DNA of 64,000 nt from Octopus sinensis (Eukaryota), in the NCBI RefSeq assembly GCF_006345805.1, contig NC_042999.1:32116001-32180000 (forward strand). The letters are read 5' to 3'. A model generated the notes under the pieces. It was not told the DNA's origin. It saw only the letters and a program-made list of their open reading frames with translations, and did no database searches. Shown one piece after another: positions 53,758 through 64,000 of the stretch. A program made the translations under genes and the position numbers. Within the stretch, counting starts at the first letter, position 1. Each line of letters opens with the position of its first letter.

Positions 53758-56700
53758 GTATATTGATAGAGAATAGGATGTAGAAGAGAACGCATATGGA
53801 ACGCAAAAGGAATATTTGTTTGTTAATCTTCATAAATTATATATTGTGTATGATTTATTAATTCAAATATTCCAGCATTTCCATTAATACCGTTTGATTC
53901 TTTTCAAACTTTAATTGGCATTTTTTCAGTCATTGATAAGCAGAATCTTCAAAATGAAAATATTTGTATTCTTGTACAACTGAATTCATTTCCTCGGATG
54001 GATTCTTTTGTTTCTGCTAAAGATTTTTTTGCATGTTTTCTTCATTAATATATATTATCTATGTAGATGCTTCTGCCGTTGGAGATAAAACATGAAATAT
54101 ATAATTGATTGGTATGAATAGAACATGTTACTTCGTTTATTCTCAGGTCGGTATAGTTGTAGAGCTTACCTAAACAATGGTTGAATGTTGTATGGATGGA
54201 TTGTATTTGATGCTTAGAAACAGTGAAATATATCATGTCTTCTGAGCATCAATTGGCCTCAGTGATATAAAATACTCAAATAAATTAGAATATTAAGTTA
54301 TTTTCCGTAGAAGCCAGCCAATATGTTTATGTTATGTGCGTTCCGTGTATTTTTATGTATCATTAAAAATCATATACTTACAAAGATTAGTTTTGTGCGC
54401 CAATTAAAACATCTAATTGCCATTTATTTTTCGACTCATCGGTTAATTTTTCTATTTTGCATCAGTGTGTACTGGTAAAAGTTAACGTCAGAAATGTTCC
54501 TTTCTTCTTATTATTTCACCGACTATTTTAAGTTTTATACAATGCCGTTAAAATCAAAAATGAAATTTCACTGCTTGACAGTTAAAGAATATTTGTTTAT
54601 ATAATAAAGTAAAAAAAAATATTTTATACTTAATACATCACAAAGTAGATTAATTTATTTTGTGATCAGAGTAACTTTGTGAATGCTCAACACATCAAGA
54701 GGACACTGACGAACGTAGAGTAAAAATATATTCAAGGACGAAAGCAGATTTAAGTGCACTCACATTGGTAAGATGAAACAAACTTAAACCTATGATATCT
54801 TTTTAAGAACTTTATATATCTCATGTATTGTTCACTTACAATATGTGTAATATAATATGAGAAAGAGAATAATCACTCGTCATGTTCACAGTGGGGTATT
54901 TTTATGATTGTCCTTAAATATTCTGAATTAAACAATTATTCGTATTGCCGCTGTGTAGCGTGAATTGTATCACAAATGAGAATTGGAGAGCTGATCAACG
55001 CGGTGATATTCTAGAATTCGCCTATCAAAAGTAATTAAGATTAAAATGTATATTAAAGCTTCAAACAACTCTGATGGAGCAGACAGTCGTCGAGTATCGT
55101 TTTCCCACATCAGAAAATATATGACTTACAAAGATGTGTCATTTTATATATATTTTACAGAGCAACAATTTTTTTATGTTTACACAATGTCATTGCTGCA
55201 AGAATTGCCCATTCACACACGCTCTCATCATTGATAAGACTGCATTCAAATTAAAGGAATTTGATAGGGGAAGTTTATGATCTATCTATAGTTACTGATA
55301 CGAATTGGTAAATACAAAAAATTATTCTCCTGTAATTGGTTGACTGATCCTAATTACTACCAACACAAACTCAATGCATGTTAGATTACTATATACTTTG
55401 GCTATAGCGTAAGACTACACCTCAAATAAAAACACGCTTTTCCTGTAATTTGTCTGTCTTCGAAATGCATTACGTTTGTAATTGCAACATCAAAAATCAT
55501 GTTATTTTAATCTCGTGTTTTGGCCAAGGCTCTCTTAACAAGACAATGCGTTTCTGATGAATGAGTTGATGTGTAATTCGATTAATGTGGTCACTGTATC
55601 TTCCCTGGTAGCTCAGTGTATGCACGCACTTTTAAGATAAACACAAAAATTTGATTACCTCACTAAAATGCATCCTGTGTGATTATTGGCATAGGAAAGT
55701 CTTAAATAAGGATTCTTTACATTATATATACTTTCATTTGCAGGGCGGTAGTAACGAAAAACTTATTTCCATCTAAATTATCAATGTGAAACGCATCATT
55801 GATGTTTGGCACCTGGCAATCATCTACGTGAAAATTTAAATAAGATTTGAAACAAGAAAACCGTAAGTGTTTCTTTAACCCGATCAAGCGTAGTTTGTAC
55901 TGAATGAATGTGAATACAGTTACGTCTCTGTAGAGCTGATGTTTGCACATATTCTTCTCTGTATGTTTGTGTAAGGTTGCATCACGAGGAACACAATACT
56001 TGCGGCTATAAATGGTATGTACGAAAGGTTAAGGAAAAAGGTTTATGGAGAATTGGGACCGAAGATGTGTGGTGTTTGTCAGAATATTGAAGAGCTGCAC
56101 TGGGCAAAGCCTGCTACTACAATCGGTTGTTTAAGCACAATATCTTTAACAAATAAAATGTTGATTAGTCTACAAAACAAAGATGGCAGGAACCTGATAT
56201 CTGAATTACAAATCTGCTAATAACATGTGTGAAGTAGAGAGAGCATTTAAAAAAATAGATGTTGCAGATAGAGAATCAGTTTGCAAAAATCAGAAATGTG
56301 AATGTTATGATGACTGCCTTTTGTGCGAGAAATGTGTTGGTGAGGACCAAAAAACTATGACAACTAGCAGGAAACAAAGGCAAGAACTAACTGCAGCACG
56401 TGAGGCGGAGAGTTGGTGATTCAGTCATCCACAACTAACAGATTACGAGTACAATTTAAGTGAGCGTAACAGAGGAGTGGAGAAGAGGGAAGAGTTTTAG
56501 GAACGGACTGGATGTTTTGGGAGGTGTGCAGGAACTTATGACGGCAAGGATAGCTGATGAGGTGTTAAAAAGTGATAGTAAGTTAAGATGTGGGACAGGT
56601 ACGGAGCAACTAGAACCGAATTGCTCTCTATTTATCCTGAATGAATTTTGCGAAGCTTTAGGTTTGCATGTAAAATGTGTAAGTAGTGTCAAAATCATGA

Positions 56701-58879
56701 CAGGCGCGGTGCATATGCAGGATTTCACCTTTCATTGATAGGTTTCTATAACGACAGGTACATCTGTTCTCTCTTCTTTTATAGAAAACATTCAGAACAT
56801 AATATGGTTATATGCACCGGTTATACACAAGCTTCAATTAATTTAGTATAAGTACATTAACAATGAACATCAAATAATTCGGTGATCATTTATTTTCAAC
56901 CTTATCTGCTTCAGTATGGACGAAAACTTCAGTTGAGTGGGAAACGCCGTAATATATTATAGAATATATTTGATGAAAATATTTTACAGGATACTGTATA
57001 TACAAAGAAATATTGCAGACTAATGCCTAAGTAAATGATTAAAAACGCCTTCGTTGTGTTAAGTCCCACCCTCTACTATTTAGCCTAGATTATATATATA
57101 CGTACGTTGGAACGTAGCATCTAAGAGCTAGCCTTTGGCTGCTATTTGGATCATGTCGTGTCCACTACTCTTATTATTTGGTATTGGCGTAATTTGTCTC
57201 TTACTCGATTGCGCTAACTGCCACACATGACTAAGATCATGTAGGACGACATTTTCGAACACTACTTCGAGCCTACTTCTTTCAATAAAAACCCAGCTTT
57301 TCCCTCTATATACGTCATTGGTTCCTGACCTTTTAATATCAAGCCAGTGACCACGTAGACTCAGCCAGTTCCAGTGACGACGCCAGACAACATGCCACCA
57401 CAGAAGCTACGTTGAGGCTCACCAACTTCGTCCAATAGCATTCGGCAACCTCCAATTCCGTCGCCACCATCGTCCTACCGTCTATATCACGTACACCACT
57501 CAGCAAGCAACTTACTTGTTCATGAATCACTTCACCAGGGATCAACAATGAAATTACAGCCTACAAGAATTCCTAAGCATCACAGGCTTGACGTCATGTA
57601 CAACATGTATCTGTAAGTGGCTCAGCATCATGGCCACAACTTCTTGATACAGTATTTCAACTACCGTGTACTAATGATTATGAAAGGGTATTAATTATCT
57701 GTCTTGTGCCTATGAATATTCTTCTCACTTCTCTTTATAGGTTTTTTCACTGTTATTCTTCTTCATTGCTATTCTTATATGTCCTTAACAACCCCATATA
57801 TCTATGCCTACATACACATATATTTGTTATCATGACAGTGTGTCCGTTATTCTGTATACATGTTTCACACACAAAAACACATGTTTATAAATTCTCCCTT
57901 AATCATTCTACGCGGTTGTGTCTCCTTTTTGCTTCTGGTAAATATATGTATTATTCCAGGTATATTTATTGATTGTAAGGACTGTCTGATGTACTAAAGA
58001 TCCATCTTCGTCACCTCGCATCGCACGGTTGTAACACTATAGCAAAGTATGGTAGGTGCTATTTGTGGACAGAAACTGAAATGGAACATTTGTACAGGAA
58101 TTGCTGGTGGAAGGGGGATATATTTCTATAGATTTAGTAAGAAAATATGCCGACATCTAACAGACCGCTCCAGACTTGCAGTTAAAAATATTTGTGTGCA
58201 ATTGTGCCTCTTCAGAAATAGAAACTACAGCAGTGATTTCGAGCTCCACAATTACGTCTATAGGTTTACAAAATAACAAGTAAGACATATCTGGCAGATA
58301 GCGAGGTGGCTTGTCAGGCAAGAAGTTTGTCATTACAAGTATGCGATTACGTGACCGTAACGTTTCCTGCAAATATCGAGGTGAAATCATGCCGAAAGAC
58401 CATGATCAACAAGTAGTGGCGTTGCTTTTTGATTGGTATATATTTATTTATTACGGAGATGTACTCGCATAGTAAGTAATTTGATCTGAGATCGTGTGCT
58501 GAAACGAAAACAATTGCAGCGTGGAAGGTGTTTATAAGCCATTTAAGAAACACAGAAAAGCCGTTCGATTCACTTCAACATTAAATTTAATTTGTCAAAA
58601 TATTTTCGTCGCTAAAATCCGCGACCTGTTCACTGACAAAAATCCGTGCTGCATATTTATTTAGAAAATAAAGAAATAGTATATTTTCTCTCAGGCGAAA
58701 TTCCTCAAAGAATTTCAGCCACAAATTTAATAATAAATTATGCATGCAAATAGACTCAAACAAGCGCACATATGTACATACATATATATCTATATAATGT
58801 TTGTATGTGTGTATATATATATATATATAGTTGAAAAACAGATTAGAGATGTATACAAATCAAATATTTATACATAAAA

Positions 58880-59518
<639 letters not shown>

Positions 59519-60680
59519 GTATGTATATGTATGTAAAGAGACAATCAAAAGCACAAACAAGCATACATATTTGTGCGTTTGTGTATATGCATGTATACGT
59601 ATATATTTATACTTATATAAACACACGCATATGTATATATATAGATATATATATAGGTAACAGGGTCAGATGCACAGAGAATAGAAATGACATCGGGTTT
59701 TAAAGGGTTCGAATAATATCCTTTTTGTCAACATGTCAGATGTAAAATTCTTTCATGAAGAAGAAGTCCAGTATTATCCGATGATGGAATCAATTTTCAG
59801 ATATGTTAGGCCATGAAGCCTCTAGAAACAGCAGTTGGACTAGGGAATCTCTTATTCTACCTTTTTAATTCGTGATAACATTTCTATTCTGTGTAACTCA
59901 ATCATTATGTACGAATGTACTGTAAAAACAAGGGCACATGTATATTCACGTACATGTGCAACGTCCGAGAGCTTCAAGAACCATTGCAAGAACCATACAG
60001 TGTCATTTAGGAATAACACGAAAAAGCAATGCACATCATTTGCGGCCCATATGTGTGACCCCAAGCAATAGAAAATGCAATACAACACGACTTGGAAATG
60101 CTTACCAATATAAACCATTACTGAAAAGCCAAATTGAAATTATGTGCAGGGAGATTGAAGCTGGCTTTATCTCGCTGTAGTAACGAGTTGTATACGCAAA
60201 AAAGAATTTCCTTTGAAGTTATACACAGAAGAGCTAGAGAAGTGTTCCGGTCTATATATTTGCGCCATTTAAATATTAAGTTAATCATTTGTATTCATGA
60301 AATCAATACTCCTATGCTATGAATTGACTGAATGAGTTTCTTCATGTTATATTATAGATATTTGTTTCAATTTTTATTTCTATTTATTGATTTTGGTGTG
60401 TTATAGTTATTTATTTTTTTGACTTATAGTTCCATTTATTCATTTTTGTCCAATTTATAGCACTTTATATTTCGATGTGCTCCATTTGTCAGTTGAAGGC
60501 CAAACATAGAATGTGGTTATACAGCAATGAGAAACAATAGGTGAATCAACAGCGCTCCGGGGCAAAAAATTGGTCCAACTTCGGAACTGCAAACAACCAT
60601 CTCACTCGACATGGATTCCTATCCCACCATCCTCTCTGATACTGAATTTACTTAAGGAAAACCCGATCTAACACACCACT

Positions 60681-60739
<59 letters not shown>

Positions 60740-60770
60740 ACCCGCCTTTCACGGCGGCGGACTATATAAG

Positions 60771-60801
<31 letters not shown>

Positions 60802-60807
60802 TATATA

Positions 60808-61002
60808 TCAGACACCATGATAGATCGTTAGCCGCTACAGACATTTTTTCTCTCCTTGTTTTATCTGTGTCCCTTTCTGTAGTAGAGCGTAGGCTCGAAA
60901 GGTAAAATACTTTTTTCTATTCCTGTGCGTTATACTAATACAACTGTTTGTTTTGTACACCACCTGTCTTCGTCTTTTGTTGTTTTTTTCGTAAATTACC
61001 CC

Positions 61003-61004
<2 letters not shown>
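60808..61004 (+). mobile_element. short non-coding PLE-type end with a degenerate minimal HHR (60874-60907), inside (TA)n
   Basis: ttt-CTGTAGT-A-GAGC-gtag-GCTC-GAAA-GG-TA-aaa; same layout as 10568-10602. Confidence 0.5.
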
Positions 61005-61035
<31 letters not shown>

Positions 61036-61039
<4 letters not shown>

Positions 61040-61222
61040 GAAAAAATTGGAGTCAACAAGAAATGGTAGGTTGGACATTTATTTTTTAATGACTACAAAT
61101 TTTCCACGCTATGTGTATCTCCAGGTATGCAGTATCTGCACACCTGCACACTTGATGAACTACGCAGCGTAGAAACAGTTGTACTGATTCAAAAATAAAT
61201 CTTTATTCCATCTTTTCAATTA
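61036..61222. mobile_element. ~185-bp imperfect palindrome with outward-facing decayed HHRs
   Basis: Plus TTGATGA-ac-TACGC-a-GCGTA-GAAA-CAGTTG-TA; minus CTGGAGA-tacacatagcgtg-GAAA-ATTTG-TA; ends AATTGAAAA/TTTTCAATT. Confidence 0.6.
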
Positions 61223-61418
61223 TCTATCCACACACGATTGATACTCAGACGCAAACTTGAAAGTACGTATAATACAACTACTAGAAAATACAGGGTACTA
61301 CTGATGTTGGACGAGCTTTATACTGTACTCTACTACGTTCTTAATAGAATATACCATACTTATATATATATATGTATATATATATACATACCTTCATGCA
61401 CTCACACACACACTCACC

Positions 61419-61459
<41 letters not shown>

Positions 61460-61744
61460 CGAAACGCGGAATAGATGAAAGAGGGACACCTGATGAAGGA
61501 GAATATTCTTTATGTCGTATGTCTCGTTTCTCTGTTTGTGTGTTCGTTGTTCGAAAAAACTTCGTATTCTACGTTTTTGTTTTCATGTTTTCGTTTTGCA
61601 TTGTGTTCTACGTCTTTTTGATGTCTTGCACCCATATATGTATGTATATATATATACATATATATGTAGGTATGTGCATATATGTATGTATATATGCATA
61701 TGTTTATACATTATACATAATATATATATATATATGCATGTATT

Positions 61745-61747
<3 letters not shown>

Positions 61748-61776
<29 letters not shown>

Positions 61777-61818
61777 TGTATGTATGTATGTATGTATGTA
61801 TGTATGTATGTATGTATA
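61748..61818. repeat. (TATG)n microsatellite
   Basis: Seen directly. Confidence 0.95.
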
Positions 61819-62259
61819 TAGGTTCAAGATAACATAGTGCTATATGAGTACTTCAATGTAAAAACTGTATGCTAGTTTAGCCGTTATTCACCATCACAAA
61901 CTATCACAAGCTATAAACGGACGTATCTATCCTGTAAAATACTCGAGTCAGAGCGTCTCTAGTATTTAGGGGTGGGGGGTATACCATTTGATTTTTCAAT
62001 GATAGCACTCAAACCATCAAACGGTATGCCCGCACAACTTTAACACTCATAACATGTTAGAATTTGCATTCTCTTGCTATTTCTGATGACCCGTTCTGCC
62101 AATGATTGCCTTACACTTGATCTGAAGTTGGGCCATTAATAAAACATGCCAAAACAATTTGAGCGATTCTAAATTTTCTTGCTCGCAAATATTTAATCAT
62201 TTCTCCCCAGATGTCTAATTTTACTTGCAATTTCTGAAAATAAATTCTGTAATCTAGAC

Positions 62260-62295
62260 ACAGGAGTGGCTGTGTGGTAAGTAGCTTGTCTAACC
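62260..62295 (+). mobile_element. truncated head of the major tRNA-SINE
   Basis: AGGAGTGGCTGTGTGGTAAGTAGCTTG matches the 5' end of the 29595-30014 family. Confidence 0.7.
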
Positions 62296-62308
62296 TCACT
62301 GACAGAAG

Positions 62309-64000
62309 AGTGACTTTGCTTACCGTACTACGGTTTGGACGCGTTTTCTTCCCGGTAAGAGTTTTGCTGTGTTGTTAATTGTTGAATTCCTACTACTGAA
62401 AATTTGCCTTTAAACGTTGCTGAACTGTCTTGTTCTCCGGTTTTACCGGGAAATAATTGAATAATTTCTTACCGTTGAACTGTTAGCCATTGTGGCTTTT
62501 TATTTACGTGACTATATATAGTCCTGCCAGACTATTTTCGTGCCCCTCCCCCGTATAGGGGTGGGAATTGGAATTTTTGAACTGCTTTTTTGAACTACTT
62601 TGGAAGAAAAACTTTCTATAGGTTTCCCAGTTTTGTGGGAAACCAATATTCGTAATTTTTGTGTTGTCTAATTTCAACAGAATAATGCCTGTTGAAATTA
62701 TTCACGAAAGTAGTGCTCTTGAGGAGAGCAATGTTAAAAAATTTTCTGCGGTAGCCGCAGTGGCTACCGAGAACATTGACATCGATGACAATCAGCTCGT
62801 CGAGCTATTTAAAAGAATGCAAGAGGAGGGTGGTGATGTTAAAATATCACCCTCCGCCAGTATCGTGGAGACCGAGAAGCGGACCGTAGTGTTCAAAACT
62901 TTCTGTCCACAAAGCAGAAGGTTCAAACACTTTGAAACAAGCACCATCGAGAAATGCCTGTCCCCGATTTGGAAGGACATCGTGTACGTCGCCAAGGGAC
63001 GGGCATATGGCACTGTGGATGTCCGCTTCTCGGGGGAAGAAATGGCCCGCGGGCATTCTGTGAACCCCCTAAAACCAAGGAGGTGGTACTTTTCCCAAGC
63101 TATAGGGGACGCAGGACGTCCCGGGTCAGGATTGTAGAAGCCCCGCCGGAAGTAGATCCGGTAGAGGTAGTGGCCGCCCTGTTATATAAAAGGGCGGACA
63201 AAATAAAAATACTTCAAGTAACATGCTCTACCCCTCTATTTTGGCTCGGGCGTAACATTAATATATTAATTCAAGGAACAGCGGAGGACCTGCAGCTCCA
63301 TCCTGAGAGGGTGCTCGTGGGCGAGAACGTAGCCCTCGGGGTACAGGTCGAAGGCCGAAAACCCACCTGTTACGCCTGCGGCAAAAAGGGCCACATTCGT
63401 GTAGACTGTCTAGACAAGCAAAAGAAACCGCAGACACCAGGCCCCTCAGATAATAAAAAAGTCCCTACCCTTGCAAACTCACCTACCCCTACAAAAACAA
63501 AAAATCCCACTCCTGCTTTTACGGTGCCAACCTCAAAACAGACTGAAGAAAAAACCCAGCCCTCGCACTCACAAACCCCCTACATTATTAAAACCTCCCA
63601 ACCCCCTAAAAACTGCGGCGCCTACCGAACAAAGTTTTGCTACCCCAGACGATACCATGGAGGTATCAGAGGGGGGATTTACACCAGTTCGTAAAAGAAT
63701 TCGTGCATCATCCCCGTCCACATCCCCTACAAAAAATAATAAAAACAAAGACACACCACAGACACGGAAAAAAAATCCCGCTCAACTGGCCCAGAAAAAG
63801 AAGACAAAAAGAAAATGAACTCATATTAATTGAATTCGACACACAAGACAAATACATAAACGATATTGTGGTTCAGCATCAGTCAGCAAGACTGTACAAC
63901 AAATACAAAGATCGAAATAGACACGCGTGGATTGCGGAAACAACGTTCAAACAATTAAAAGACAGACACCCAAACGCCATCCGGCATATCGCGAACTTGC
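62309..64000 (+). mobile_element. non-LTR-type element with 5' UTR and gag-like ORF1, running off the window end
   Basis: T-rich leader starting AGTGAC; ORF1 homologous to 23008-24705. Confidence 0.7.
62685..64000 (+). pseudogene. ORF1-like nucleic-acid-binding protein with CCHC zinc knuckle, frameshifted
   Basis: Joins track ORFs 62661-63137, 62954-63694 and 63471-63818 plus a final open frame; RRM-like GTVDVRF..EE.A; intact C-x2-C-x4-H-x4-C (CYACGKKGHIRVDC, 63368-63409); Pro/Thr/Lys-rich linker; extra C-terminal segment. Confidence 0.8.

Noticed and set aside
52000-56800. Host exons in the less repetitive stretch
   Set aside because: No recognisable domain or consistent splice and frame pattern; small exons cannot be excluded without RNA-seq.
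57050-57650. Gypsy LTR, PBS and gag start
   Set aside because: AATAAA...TCA-TTGGT and a vaguely gag-like peptide are present, but there is no second LTR or convincing motif.
60738-60765. Helitron terminal hairpin (CCGCC-tttcac-GGCGG) within (TA)n
   Set aside because: Only about 25 bp, with no clear CTRR end, partner terminus or Rep/helicase sequence.

Overview
Eukaryotic, very AT-rich, gene-poor DNA with dense (TA)n, (CA)n, (AAT)n and (GATA)n microsatellites and tRNA-derived SINEs. The repeat set resembles an octopus (coleoid cephalopod) genome; this is inference from recall, with no search run. I cannot support any host protein-coding exon, and almost all ORFs in the track are microsatellite artefacts. 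Supported content: (1) two decayed Penelope-like retroelements (PLEs; RT plus C-terminal GIY-YIG endonuclease) at about 2.9-7.3 kb and 26.0-28.1 kb, each ending in a hammerhead ribozyme (HHR) motif next to (TA)n; (2) several short non-coding elements carrying HHR motifs, mostly as outward-facing inverted pairs, including a ~2.05-kb palindrome with a type-I HHR in each arm and two copies of a composite element made of a tRNA-like Pol III head, an (AAT)n tract and a minimal-HHR tail, which is a candidate ribozyme-bearing SINE mobilised by PLEs; (3) two related elements encoding a zinc-knuckle ORF1, one apparently complete without ORF2; (4) Tc1/mariner relics; (5) a 36-bp minisatellite. All folding and alignment was done by eye, so coordinates are good to a few bases.
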